IMG/VR virus record: IMGVR_UViG_3300044981_000063 | Coordinates: 1 to 55,748 of that record | DNA: 55,748 nt | Direction: 5' to 3' (one strand) | DNA from: a virus | Lineage: Duplodnaviria; Caudoviricetes | Shown: positions 16,408 through 26,217 of the stretch, one piece after another | How the letters are laid out: every line of letters begins with the position of its first letter | Numbering within the stretch: the stretch's first letter is position 1 | The notes under the pieces: model-generated | What the model saw: the letters and a program-made list of their open reading frames with translations, nothing else | Database searches by the model: none | Told to the model about the DNA's origin: nothing | Made by a program: the position numbers and the translations under genes

Positions 16408-16794
16408 TTAGGGGGCGGCGGGCGTCAGGGTTGTTGCAACGGCGTGATAAGCCTGCTGGGCGAGCATCTGAGCATCTTGCTGCAGAACGGTCTGGCCAGC
16501 CGCTTTTGCCGCCGACATGATTGTTGCGGCCGTGATGGTGTTTTTCTGGGCGCCTGTGAGATTATTGAACTCCTGCGTCGCCAGCGTCATCACCATCGTG
16601 GTGGCTACCGACCGGAACTGGCTGAGAACCAGCATGATGTCCTGCTCGACAACGGGGACAATCTTGCCTTCAGCCGCAACGGCTTTCCCTTGCACAGATT
16701 GCCAAAGATTGAGGGCATCGGTTTTCAGTTCATCCCATAGACCTGCGAAGGTCGATACAGGGGCGACAGTGACTGGGGTGGCGGGTGAGGACAT
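16408..16794 (-). CDS. Hypothetical protein, last gene of lysis region
   Basis: AGGAG RBS; Ala/Thr/Gln-rich helical sequence. Confidence 0.7.
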   Translation of the reverse strand: MSSPATPVTVAPVSTFAGLWDELKTDALNLWQSVQGKAVAAEGKIVPVVEQDIMLVLSQFRSVATTMVMTLATQEFNNLTGAQKNTITAATIMSAAKAAGQTVLQQDAQMLAQQAYHAVATTLTPAAP

Positions 16795-16874
16795 GCGGGG
16801 GATCTCCTAGGTTATTCGCTCTGCAAAGCGGGGCTGGAATATGCGCGTGAAACCTTTTGCCGTCTAGGGATAAT

Positions 16875-17276
16875 CTAGCTATGAGGGTCTGCCACTAATG
16901 CCGAGTGGTCCCGGTTGGTCAGGCCGGTGATGCATTTTGCTAGAATGACGATGGAATCCTGCCCAGTAATACCGATCCCGGCCATGGTGGCCGTTGCGGC
17001 GCCGCCGACGGCCCCGGCTGCTGGGATCAATGGATTTAGAACGGCTTCCGCTGCGTTGCTCGTGGCGCCCGTCACGGTGGCCTGGGCGACGGTCCCCGTG
17101 TCGAAGCCGGGCGAATAATTGTCTGCCACAGAATGACATTTCCGCAAATCAGCGGCGTACTGTGCCGGATCGGTCACTTCGACCGTTACCGGGACATAGG
17201 TAGTTGAATTCGGAAAGATAGTCGCACAGCCAGCCAAAGCGAAGCAGAAGGGCGCGAGGGCTATCTTACGGCCCAC
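16875..17276 (-). CDS. Lipoprotein with glycine-zipper-like segment
   Basis: Lipobox LAGC; GAVGGAATATMAGIG; two further Cys. Confidence 0.7.
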   Translation of the reverse strand: MGRKIALAPFCFALAGCATIFPNSTTYVPVTVEVTDPAQYAADLRKCHSVADNYSPGFDTGTVAQATVTGATSNAAEAVLNPLIPAAGAVGGAATATMAGIGITGQDSIVILAKCITGLTNRDHSALVADPHS

Positions 17277-17586
17277 AGATAGCCTCACGGGCGGCATTGA
17301 ACCTTCTAATGGCCTTCACGGTATCGGGCGTATCGAAGGCGTTGCTGGGGTCTGGGAGGGTGCCTGCAATCCATGCCTTGGCTTGGGACAGATCCAGCGG
17401 TGCGTGAAATCGAAGCGCCTCCAGCGAGACGCAGGGAACGGCTTTGACCGGGCTGCTAATGATTGGGCCCGGTGGCGGGGCCGCTATTGTCATTGTCCCG
17501 CACGATGGCAGCGGCGCTATCATCAACAGCAGTGCGAGCGTCCGAAGCCTTCTGGATGTTCCGCAGTTCGGCTTGAGCATCGGCAT
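17266..17586 (-). CDS. Putative o-spanin (Rz1-like lipoprotein)
   Basis: LALLLMIAPLPSC lipobox-like; Pro-rich; overlaps i-spanin candidate. Confidence 0.6.
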   Translation of the reverse strand: MPMLKPNCGTSRRLRTLALLLMIAPLPSCGTMTIAAPPPGPIISSPVKAVPCVSLEALRFHAPLDLSQAKAWIAGTLPDPSNAFDTPDTVKAIRRFNAAREAICGP

Positions 17587-17659
17587 TTTCGACCTCCGAT
17601 TTTCCAAGGTCTTCCCCAGAAAAGAGAAGGCGCAGGAACTTCATAAGCATGGCCCACAT
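17456..17659 (-). CDS. Putative short i-spanin (Rz-like)
   Basis: Hydrophobic N-terminus then helical acidic domain; overlapping Rz/Rz1 arrangement. Confidence 0.5.
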   Translation of the reverse strand: MWAMLMKFLRLLFSGEDLGKSEVENADAQAELRNIQKASDARTAVDDSAAAIVRDNDNSGPATGPNH

Positions 17660-17691
17660 GCTTAGAAGTTACGCCCGGATGGCCTGGCTGT

Positions 17692-17898
17692 CTAGCGCAG
17701 ACGCAAGGATGGGCCGCCCGTGCCAATCAGGCCGAACTGATCAACAACCATGAAGACCTCAACCAGCACGATCAAAACCCAAACCACGGTGGCGATAGGC
17801 TCGGGGACTGCGAATGCAGCGAGAAGCTTCCTGGCCGCCCAAACAATCGCACAAAATACGATGAGCAGAACCAACAGACCGACAATGGACATGGGCAT
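17692..17898 (-). CDS. Small two-TM membrane protein
   Basis: IVGLLVLLIVFCAIVW...P.PI..VVWVLIVLV. Confidence 0.7.
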   Translation of the reverse strand: MPMSIVGLLVLLIVFCAIVWAARKLLAAFAVPEPIATVVWVLIVLVEVFMVVDQFGLIGTGGPSLRLR

Positions 17899-18019
17899 AG
17901 CCTTCTGAGGCGCATAGGAACGCGCCATGACCCTGAAAGTTCATTATGGGTGTGGTCTTAGCGCCAGAGCGCCTACGATCCGCATAGTCTCGGAGGGTGA
18001 CTTCGCTCACGGCTGAAGC

Positions 18020-18349
18020 CTATTTGCTGGCCGGATGCGGGCAGTTGTCGGTAGGAAGGTCTTTGAATTGCGGCATTGGAACATTGTCCACGTTGGCGGA
18101 AAGAATTGCCTGGCCGGCGATACTAGCGGTCTTATTGGCGCGATTATGTTCGCAAGCCGCTTCTTTCTGCACGACCGCCGCCTGCTGTTGGACAACCGGC
18201 AATTTGGCGGCCTGCTTTTCGAGATTCTGCGTGCCGTGATAAACATTTGCCAGCATCCAACCCACTAGCACTAAGCCAACCCGCTTGGACCAGCGGGTGA
18301 CCCAAGTATCGACCAACTCCGAGGCTTTCATGGTAGCGTCTGCGCTCAT
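18020..18349 (-). CDS. Single-TM protein in lysis module
   Basis: One TM followed by Gln-rich coil; ATGA coupling. Confidence 0.6.
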   Translation of the reverse strand: MSADATMKASELVDTWVTRWSKRVGLVLVGWMLANVYHGTQNLEKQAAKLPVVQQQAAVVQKEAACEHNRANKTASIAGQAILSANVDNVPMPQFKDLPTDNCPHPASK

Positions 18350-18774
18350 GGGCCACCTCCGTTTGACTTGTTCCCTGGAGCATACTTGGTGAATACCGAC
18401 GAGATTGTGTCCATAATCCATTGGAAACCTTCCGGGCCACGCACGCCCATAATCAAGAGCAGACCGCCCAATGCGGCATCAGCATCTATCTTACCAACGT
18501 GCGCCGCGAGAAAAACAACACATGAGGCCACGGCCGCGAGCGGAACACAGCACAGCAGCATGGCTATGGCCTTGTAGAAGTCCTTTAGGGAAACGTCTGA
18601 TGGGCCATCAAGTTTCTTGTAAAGCGTAAGGCCAGTACGCGCCATGCAACCGCCAAAGAAACAGCCGCCGCCCAGAAAAAGGGTTGTCAGCGAGACGCCA
18701 AACGGCGCGAAAGTGAGAACGGCTGCTATGCCAACCACGGCTCCGCTGCCACTCGTTATTGCTGGATCGGCCAT
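18346..18774 (-). CDS. Putative holin (multi-TM)
   Basis: 3-4 hydrophobic helices; directly after endolysin. Confidence 0.55.
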   Translation of the reverse strand: MADPAITSGSGAVVGIAAVLTFAPFGVSLTTLFLGGGCFFGGCMARTGLTLYKKLDGPSDVSLKDFYKAIAMLLCCVPLAAVASCVVFLAAHVGKIDADAALGGLLLIMGVRGPEGFQWIMDTISSVFTKYAPGNKSNGGGP

Positions 18775-19241
18775 TATGTAATCCCTTCTTTTATCAGCGC
18801 TTGGATTTTTGGACCGCGACTTCCAATCTGTTTCCACCACAGAGTGGTCTGCAAATCATCTGCAGCCTGACCATACTGGCCAGCCTGCATGAGAGACAAG
18901 AAAGTGTTGAAGCCGAGAAGGCCAGACACCCCGAGGTTATAAGCCATATTCGCCAAGGCCCGCTGACATGGTTCCGGGATATTCTGTGCCCAAGGGATTT
19001 GAGCCACCAAGCTATTCCAAGCATCAGTGGCTCGGCCTGTCAGGATTGGAAGGGCTTCGGCCTGGGTTAGAGGCGCCGTATCGAGCGCAAATCCCCAACC
19101 GATTGTTGGATGGCCCTTTACAGTTGATCCTGGTCCTATTCGCGCGCCATTCGCGTCGTCATAGAGGTGGCCAACCCATCCTTCGGCATCTTGGAGATCA
19201 GCGACGAGCTTTTCGGTATCCATGTCAGTAATATTCATCAA
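18774..19241 (-). CDS. Endolysin, T4-lysozyme-like muramidase
   Basis: AEG.....YDD...TIGWG; AL.NMAYNLG..GLLGF; A......LWWKQ...R. Confidence 0.9.
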   Translation of the reverse strand: MMNITDMDTEKLVADLQDAEGWVGHLYDDANGARIGPGSTVKGHPTIGWGFALDTAPLTQAEALPILTGRATDAWNSLVAQIPWAQNIPEPCQRALANMAYNLGVSGLLGFNTFLSLMQAGQYGQAADDLQTTLWWKQIGSRGPKIQALIKEGIT

Positions 19242-20145
19242 CTATGATGTACCCGCCGCCGCCAGCGCCGCCAGTAAATCCAGACGTTCCTGGATTGCCG
19301 CCAGCGCCGCCAGCCCCCACCGAATAAGCATAAGTTGCGGCTGGCTGATTGATTATCAACTCAAGATATTCACCTTGACCGCCGCCGCCTGCGGTTTGCC
19401 AATTTGCAAGATCTGTAAAGGTTTGGCCGGCAGCGCCAGCGCCAGCGCCGCCAGCGCCGGTTCCAGCGACGGCAGCGGCACCGTTGCTGCCTGACACAGG
19501 AGTGCCACCACCTTGTCCGCCGCCTTGTCCGCCGCCCGGCTGTGCCAGCGCCGCGCCTATAATCGCTGTAACGGCGTTACCGCCGGGCTCTCCTGCCAAT
19601 CGAAACGACGCAGGCCCAACGCCGCCAGATCCTCCAGTCCCACCTTGGCCGCCCTGCACGTTATTCGAACCGCCGGTCCCGCCTGCTGCTGTGCTGGTAC
19701 TAAAGGCGGTAGCTTGGCCACCGGGCCCCGTAGTGTTTCCCGATGTCCCGGTGCCAGCGCCGCCACCGCCGCCGCCGATCATTCGTATCCGCAACTGTCT
19801 GCATCCAGCGGGCGTGATGTAATTCGCGGCACCGGAGAGAAATACTTGTCGTGTCGATAGCGTAGTCGGCGCCCCTTGGACTGGATCTGCGGTCCAAATC
19901 TGATTGCCTAATGAATCCGTCAGGACTGCCGCATAAGCTGCGGCCTGCAGGAAAATACTCGGGAACTGCCCTCCTGCGTTCGCGACCACGGGATTAGTGT
20001 TTGGAATCGTGAGAGCGGAATCCGAATAAGTCGTCAGCGGGGTGGACGTTCCTGACTGATAGAAATTCAGCAGCGCGCCAGGGATCGGAACGCCGGCCGC
20101 AGTGATCACCGTCTGATATGGAAGAACGAATCTCGTGCTGGCCAT
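19225..20145 (-). CDS. Short tail fibre with podovirus adaptor-binding N-terminus and Gly-rich domain
   Basis: G.PIPGA.L.FY.SGTSTP..TYSD...TIPNTNPVV.NA.G; GGGGGGAG repeats; G.IIVDEYY end. Confidence 0.8.
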   Translation of the reverse strand: MASTRFVLPYQTVITAAGVPIPGALLNFYQSGTSTPLTTYSDSALTIPNTNPVVANAGGQFPSIFLQAAAYAAVLTDSLGNQIWTADPVQGAPTTLSTRQVFLSGAANYITPAGCRQLRIRMIGGGGGGAGTGTSGNTTGPGGQATAFSTSTAAGGTGGSNNVQGGQGGTGGSGGVGPASFRLAGEPGGNAVTAIIGAALAQPGGGQGGGQGGGTPVSGSNGAAAVAGTGAGGAGAGAAGQTFTDLANWQTAGGGGQGEYLELIINQPAATYAYSVGAGGAGGNPGTSGFTGGAGGGGYIIVDEYY

Positions 20146-20483
20146 TATTGGCTCCCGGCGGTTTGCAAGATGCGCGGCCGTTCTTGGGGATGCGCCTGTC
20201 TTAATAGCTCGCCAGGCCTTACCAGCCTCGCCATGCGGGAGAATATATCTCTTATCTGAAAAGGCACGACACTGCTAGGATGGGCGCACCAATCGTTAAA
20301 AGCTGCCTCGATGGATTCCCAGATTTTATTCTCTGGCGAAAAACCATTGGCACCATATCGGCCGATCCAGTTTCCGGCTCTGGCAGCGGCTTCAACGGTC
20401 TGCTGATCTTCCTCCGGAAGATTGGCGAACGCTTCCGCAGGCGTGAGCGGTTCCCATTTGCGTAAGTGCAGCGTCCCTCTCAT
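20145..20483 (-). CDS. Hypothetical protein
   Basis: Translationally coupled on both sides. Confidence 0.6.
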   Translation of the reverse strand: MRGTLHLRKWEPLTPAEAFANLPEEDQQTVEAAARAGNWIGRYGANGFSPENKIWESIEAAFNDWCAHPSSVVPFQIRDIFSRMARLVRPGELLRQAHPQERPRILQTAGSQ

Positions 20484-23400
20484 GGACTGGCCATCAAAGC
20501 GGCTGATGCTGTGGTGGCACGGATAGCGCGCGCCAAACCATTTCCAGCTTTGGGCGTCGCCTTGGTTGGCGCCTTCGATAGCAATTGCTTTGCAACAGAA
20601 GGATTGAGCATGGCCTTGGTCACAAGCTGGTCGACGCGATCGACGCCAGCGGCGCGGAGGCTTTGGATAGCGTCAGCGCCAAATCCGCCAAGGAATGTTC
20701 CAACCGGCCCCCCAAAATGTGCCCCAATGCCAGCGCCAAGAATATCAATGAACCGGCGCGTCGCCGGAGATGACTGCTGGTCATGGGTGCGGACCCCAGT
20801 GATATCCTGGGCAGTGTTGGAACCGCCTGGAAGTTTGATCGCGTTCTCCGACCGCTTAGCGCGGTTGATGTCCGCTGCAATGGCTTCGATATTGGCGACT
20901 TCTTCCGGCTTAAAGACGGCGTTCAAGGCGATGCGGTTTTGTTTGACGAAAGACTGGAATGCGTCGGCTTTGATCAGATTGGTCCCGGACGTTCCGGCTT
21001 CAGTATTCGAAATGAACCGCTTGGCGATATGGTCAGCTACTGCTTGGCGCAGGCCTTCCATGGCGAGGGGGTCTTTAGACGCCACGCGGGCCAGTTCGCG
21101 CATATCGGCAACCGCTGTTTTTCCGCTGAATAGGCCGCCAACAATCCGGGTGACATCATCGGAATTTGTGGCCCCCATGATGCGTCCAATAGCACCCTTC
21201 TGAGCATCTTTCAGGGTAATCTCTCGCAGCCTGGTCGCGTCGGTAACAGCGCGCGAGGCATCCGCCGCAGTCGCAAAAGTCTTTTGGATGTCGTCTGGTA
21301 AAGCACGCAAGGCGTCGGCATGGGAGGCCTTCCACGCAGCATATTTCCTCGGGTCCAATGTGCCATCATCGCGCATCGCGGCGCGGCGCAGACTGGATGC
21401 AGCGTAATCTTGGATAATTGGAACGGCGCGATCCTGCCCCACAGACCGGTAAAGCGCCTGCATATCGTTGAAGCCAGTCGGACCAGGATGAAAGAACCGC
21501 TGCGGAACGCGCGCCTCTTGGAGTTTGTAAAGATCGCTCGCGCCAGCCTTTGCCAGCACCGGCCCAACAGGATTTTGCCCGAAGGTGCGGGCGCGATCCC
21601 TGGTGGCAGCGGTCGCAGCGGCTAGGCGCTCGGCTCCGGCGGCGTCGAAAGTGGGGGAAATATAGCTGGGCTGTTTTTCGGTTTTGGCGATCTCATCCAG
21701 CGCGGCTTCCCACGGCTTTTCAAAGCCGCGCGGAGGCTCAAACTCACGACGCACGCCAGCGACTGACCCCATTTCGGCGTAGGCCTCGCCAACGCGGCCA
21801 ATGAGTTGGTTTATTTGCGTCGAATTCTTTAGGCCAGCAGCCGATATCGCAGCCGTCATTTCTGATTTTGGGAGGCCAGCCTCAAGATCGCGTACACGGA
21901 CAATCGGAACGGAGCGCAGACCAAGTTGTTGCGCTGCTGCCAGTCTGTGCTGGCCCTCGATAACATTGCCGTCTTGGTCAGCGATAATCCGTTCAAAGTA
22001 TCCTTTCGGAGACTTCATCTGTTCCGCGATCTTCGATACGCGCGCAGGATTGTCCCCTTCAGACGTTCCGCCGACTAGGCTTTCCGTCGGAACGGTTTCG
22101 TTCCCCACGACTTTGCCGTTGGTGAAATTTGCGTCCACCACGTTCGACAGGTCTTCCTTGGGGGGGCGAATATCCCTTAATGGCCCAACATCTCCCGATA
22201 GTCCTTCAATGCCCGCAGCACCGATAGATCGCCCCGCTGCCGGAACGACTGTTCCATCAGTGCCAGTTGCTTTAGCTGTTCCTTTTCCGGCAGGTGCGCG
22301 AGCACTGGCACCACCGACATCCCCGGTCGCGTCACGGGTTGCATAGAACTCATTTTGCCACTCCTGTAATTTGGCAAGCGTTGAATTGGCTGGGCTGATT
22401 TCGCCGCGGGCTACTGCCGGGGCTTCATTGGCGATGCGCTCGCTGATCGTGTTATTCAGATTGTCCTGGATCGCGCTGCGCAATTGGGTGAGTCGCGCAT
22501 AGGACGGTGAGCGGCCATTCGTGATCAGTTCGTTGCGCATTTCAGTCGAAACGCGGCTGCGTAAGGCAATGAGGTCTTGAACCGGTGCCAAATCCGGCAT
22601 GGCCTTCGCCGCATCGAATATCGCGCCTTCCTCACCGGACATCGGCTTGGCGGTCTTTGGAATATCCTCGGCGATATCGTTGGCCGCGCCTCTGGTCTGG
22701 GTGACGTTGCCTGTCAGATCACCATGAGGATCGACGGCGGTCCATAAACCTTTCTCGCGGGCTCTCGCGGCATCTTCGGCAGTCTGTACGGCACCCCGGA
22801 CTTGCTCGCCATATTCGTCGGCCGTGAGATTGCCACCGGTATTGGCCGCCGCCCCTTGGGCCTTGGTCAATAAGTTATCCACATGCTGGTTGGTTTGAGC
22901 TTCGAGGTCGCGCCACTGACCGTTCAAAGCCCCCGCCAAGGCGTTGGGATCACCGCCCTGCTGGACCTGGCTTAAGGATTGAACTCGGGCCTCATTCTGC
23001 TCCCCGCGGCGCTGGGCGAACAAATCCGGGTTTTTGGTGGCAACCTCCCGCTCAAGGCTACCCAAGCCCTCGTCACCGGTCTGCTGGAAGGTGGTGGGCT
23101 GGGAACCCGGGACTATCTCCTGTGGCCCCTGCGCCAGCATATCCCGGACAGTCCCGACATCGCTTGCCCTTTTGGCCAGCAGAGCACCCGCCTGGGCCTC
23201 AGCAGCGCCTTGGGAGAACCGGGCGGCTATCGGGGCCACAACCGGCGCAGCGGCGTCAGCGACCGCCCCAGCGGCCCGTCCGATTAGTTTAGGGGCAGTA
23301 TGTGTGATGGCTGCGGTGGCTAGACCCCCTGCTAGGGCTGCGGCTGGCTTCAAGGCATCTGGGGCGAGTTCTTGGGCACCGGTGGCACCCGTCACCACAG

Positions 23401-23836
23401 CGGCGCCGGTCATCATGTTCCGGAGCATATTGGCGACGCTGATCTCGCCCTCACCGGGGATCAGGGTCTGGGGCAGCACGGTCCCAAGGCCTTGGGCAGT
23501 TTTTTCCAAGAAAGTATTGGCGCGAACCTTATCCAGTCCCGTAGCCTTCAAAACTCGATTCGACGTTGCCCTTCCTGCATTCTCGGCATCTCGCGTCTGA
23601 AACGGCATCGCGTCTGGATTGGAATTGGCAATCATGTTCACGAAACTGCCAGGGATTTTGGCTACGCCGGCCAAGAAGTTCTGACCTAGACTGGACCATG
23701 AGTTGGAGGTGTCCGGGGGATTCTCGACATCGTCCATCTGCTGGAAGACATTTCCGGATGGCGTGTTGCTATTGGCAGGTGCCGAAGCGGACGCAGGTGT
23801 GGCAACCCCATCCATCTGGGCGAAGACGTTAGGCAT
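20480..23836 (-). CDS. Large internal virion / DNA-ejection protein with inserted ParB-like domain
   Basis: 1118 aa Ala-rich, last of ejection gene trio; IIADQDGNVIEGQHRLAAAQQLGLRSVPI. Confidence 0.75.
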   Translation of the reverse strand: MPNVFAQMDGVATPASASAPANSNTPSGNVFQQMDDVENPPDTSNSWSSLGQNFLAGVAKIPGSFVNMIANSNPDAMPFQTRDAENAGRATSNRVLKATGLDKVRANTFLEKTAQGLGTVLPQTLIPGEGEISVANMLRNMMTGAAVVTGATGAQELAPDALKPAAALAGGLATAAITHTAPKLIGRAAGAVADAAAPVVAPIAARFSQGAAEAQAGALLAKRASDVGTVRDMLAQGPQEIVPGSQPTTFQQTGDEGLGSLEREVATKNPDLFAQRRGEQNEARVQSLSQVQQGGDPNALAGALNGQWRDLEAQTNQHVDNLLTKAQGAAANTGGNLTADEYGEQVRGAVQTAEDAARAREKGLWTAVDPHGDLTGNVTQTRGAANDIAEDIPKTAKPMSGEEGAIFDAAKAMPDLAPVQDLIALRSRVSTEMRNELITNGRSPSYARLTQLRSAIQDNLNNTISERIANEAPAVARGEISPANSTLAKLQEWQNEFYATRDATGDVGGASARAPAGKGTAKATGTDGTVVPAAGRSIGAAGIEGLSGDVGPLRDIRPPKEDLSNVVDANFTNGKVVGNETVPTESLVGGTSEGDNPARVSKIAEQMKSPKGYFERIIADQDGNVIEGQHRLAAAQQLGLRSVPIVRVRDLEAGLPKSEMTAAISAAGLKNSTQINQLIGRVGEAYAEMGSVAGVRREFEPPRGFEKPWEAALDEIAKTEKQPSYISPTFDAAGAERLAAATAATRDRARTFGQNPVGPVLAKAGASDLYKLQEARVPQRFFHPGPTGFNDMQALYRSVGQDRAVPIIQDYAASSLRRAAMRDDGTLDPRKYAAWKASHADALRALPDDIQKTFATAADASRAVTDATRLREITLKDAQKGAIGRIMGATNSDDVTRIVGGLFSGKTAVADMRELARVASKDPLAMEGLRQAVADHIAKRFISNTEAGTSGTNLIKADAFQSFVKQNRIALNAVFKPEEVANIEAIAADINRAKRSENAIKLPGGSNTAQDITGVRTHDQQSSPATRRFIDILGAGIGAHFGGPVGTFLGGFGADAIQSLRAAGVDRVDQLVTKAMLNPSVAKQLLSKAPTKATPKAGNGLARAIRATTASAALMASP

Positions 23837-25980
23837 TATTTATCCCCCAGAATGACGGAGGAAAGGCCTTTGCCATAATAGGCGTCGAAGTCCTTGGCGG
23901 CTTTTGGATTGGCCTTGAGATATTGGACGCGCGATTGCGGCACGCCAGCAAGCAGCGCCATATTCGTATAATGCTGGACCGGATAGGCTTTGTTGAAAGC
24001 GACATCGGCGCCCATCGTATTTGCATGCGTCTGCGCCCAATTTTGCAGATATTCGTAATAGTCGGACTGACGCTGGGCAGCGGTGTTGAGGGCACCGAAA
24101 ATCAGTCTCGCACCGCGAGGCGTGTTTTCAAGACCAGGCACAGCGCCAACCGCCTGCTGCACGATCATCATGGCTTCGCGTGAACCTAACTGGCGAGCGA
24201 GATCGAAGCCGAGGCGTGTCGTGCCCTTCACGATATCTTCGCCGGAAGCTACCTTATTGGGATCGAACAAATTCCTCTTAATGTAATCGTCACTCATACC
24301 CGCAGCGCTGGCCAATGAATTGATGCGCTTTGCGAACGCCAGCCGCGAAGTATCGCCCGTGCCTGGCGTGAGAAAACCAGAGGTCCCCATTTGATTCAGC
24401 TGATCCTGCATATTGGCAAGCTGAAGCTTCAGATTCTGGGCGCTCTGATAACTTTCCTCAGCCTTCTCGAATTGTGCTGGCAACTGCTTGGTTTGAAGTT
24501 CGCGCTCTTCTGGCGACAGAGTGCGCGGCGAATTTCCCGGTGTCGGAATTCCGATGTCTACCGGTTGCACACCAAACTGCGCTGCGATCGAGCGCGCATA
24601 TCCACCGGCAGTTTGGCCCTTCAATTCAGGATTGGCCTTCAAGACTTCTGGCGAAACAATATCCTCCATCTTGGCATCTGGAGGGGCATCGAGAATCTTT
24701 GATGCCCCATCCGGTCCAAACCGATGGGCGAGCGCCAAGGTCGTGCCATTGACGGGCTGTCCATCTGCGACGAGTTTCGCGCCATTGGCTTTCGCATAAG
24801 CCGCCGTCATTTCCTGGGAGAATGCAGGATCGCGCCGCATCTGTAGGATTTGCTGGTCGTTCATTCCCTGCACGACATCGGGAAGCGACGCCTTGGCAGT
24901 TTGAAGCCAAGTGGAATCGGTGAACTGACCATTTCCGGTCGCGGTGGAGCGAGGATTTTGCGCCGTGCGATCACCGGTAGCATTCTCGGCTTGGTTCATC
25001 TGCCCAGCCCATGTCGTGACTGGAACTGCAGGAGGTGCATTGGGATCAACCGGATCACCAGCGATGGTTTTCCCAGTGTGCGCGTCGACCAAAATAGGAC
25101 GGCCCTGCGCATCCGTCTGATTGGTGCGCGCATAGGAGGGCGTGGATGCCAGATTGACAGCAGGCGTCCCCGGCGGCGCATACGGATTGACTTCGTAAAT
25201 CCCAGCGTCCGTCTTGATGATGTTGCGCGGAATTGGAACACCAAGCCCAGATTGCATCCGCGTGGTGGCGCGCTCCATGGCGTCCCTTATAGGCGTCATG
25301 TTTTTGATGAGCCGCGCCGCTGAGGCATAGTTGAGCGGGTTCCATTCCGTGTTGGGCAGCAATTTATCAATGGGAATTCCATTCTGCCGCAAAGTCTGGA
25401 TTTCAGCGTCCCAGCTTTCTTTATCCTTCACGTTGTTGAAGGACGAAATCGCCCGGTTCATATTGCCAAGAGACTGCGCAATCTGCTGCGGCGGCAATTG
25501 CGAAATCTGCATGTCCAGCATCTTGGGATCGGGCCCAGCAGGTGCCTGACTATTTGCCGATTGGCTTCCAGACTCGCCAGCAGCAGGCGCACCATAGACC
25601 GCGCTGATCTGGTCGGCTTTGGCAGGATAATAATGACCGATGAACTGGCGCGCGGCAGGGTGGCCGGCATCAGCCGCTTTCTGCATTCCTGCATCCCATA
25701 CCGAAGGCGCATCCGCAGGATCAGCCGCCTGCGCATCTTTGGCGGCTTGGGCAATCATGTCGTTCCCGGCCTGCGTCTGTGCCAGCATGGCCTCGCGCTT
25801 TTTGGCTTCGGTGGCCAGTGGGATAAGTTGCGATTGCTGTTCCAGTTCGAGGGGCTGGAGTGTTTGCTGCCTTTGCAGATTGAGTTGCGCCAAGCCAGAT
25901 TGTGCCGCGGCCTCATTGGCCGTAGCTCCAAAGCCTACGGGATTAACACTGAGTGCTGGCAGGCCGGACAAATCTGGCAT
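23836..25980 (-). CDS. Internal virion / ejection protein with lytic transglycosylase-like domain
   Basis: AE..G...AQNPRSTATG.GQF..STW...LAHRFGP.GA. Confidence 0.8.
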   Translation of the reverse strand: MPDLSGLPALSVNPVGFGATANEAAAQSGLAQLNLQRQQTLQPLELEQQSQLIPLATEAKKREAMLAQTQAGNDMIAQAAKDAQAADPADAPSVWDAGMQKAADAGHPAARQFIGHYYPAKADQISAVYGAPAAGESGSQSANSQAPAGPDPKMLDMQISQLPPQQIAQSLGNMNRAISSFNNVKDKESWDAEIQTLRQNGIPIDKLLPNTEWNPLNYASAARLIKNMTPIRDAMERATTRMQSGLGVPIPRNIIKTDAGIYEVNPYAPPGTPAVNLASTPSYARTNQTDAQGRPILVDAHTGKTIAGDPVDPNAPPAVPVTTWAGQMNQAENATGDRTAQNPRSTATGNGQFTDSTWLQTAKASLPDVVQGMNDQQILQMRRDPAFSQEMTAAYAKANGAKLVADGQPVNGTTLALAHRFGPDGASKILDAPPDAKMEDIVSPEVLKANPELKGQTAGGYARSIAAQFGVQPVDIGIPTPGNSPRTLSPEERELQTKQLPAQFEKAEESYQSAQNLKLQLANMQDQLNQMGTSGFLTPGTGDTSRLAFAKRINSLASAAGMSDDYIKRNLFDPNKVASGEDIVKGTTRLGFDLARQLGSREAMMIVQQAVGAVPGLENTPRGARLIFGALNTAAQRQSDYYEYLQNWAQTHANTMGADVAFNKAYPVQHYTNMALLAGVPQSRVQYLKANPKAAKDFDAYYGKGLSSVILGDK

Positions 25981-26217
25981 TTACATCCCCGGAGGGCCAC
26001 CAGGACCAGCGGGACCAGCCGGCGCAGGAGCAGCACCGCCGCCCATTGCGGGAGGCGCGGCGTTCGGATCAAACGCGGGCGCACCCGGCGCGGACGGGAA
26101 TGCTGGTGCTGGCGCGATGGCTCCATATGCAGATTTTCCCGTCGAGGAAAGTTTACGCATTCGGATATGCGGTTTTGTCGTGCCGCGTTTTTCAGCGTGT
26201 GGCTTGGCGATTTTCAT
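25981..26217 (-). CDS. Small basic then Pro/Gly/Ala-rich protein
   Basis: Fills gap exactly between ejection genes. Confidence 0.6.
   Translation of the reverse strand: MKIAKPHAEKRGTTKPHIRMRKLSSTGKSAYGAIAPAPAFPSAPGAPAFDPNAAPPAMGGGAAPAPAGPAGPGGPPGM

Noticed and set aside
19222-19800. GCCGCC/GCCAGC repeats as a tandem repeat array
   Set aside because: Explained by Gly/Ala codons of the glycine-rich fibre
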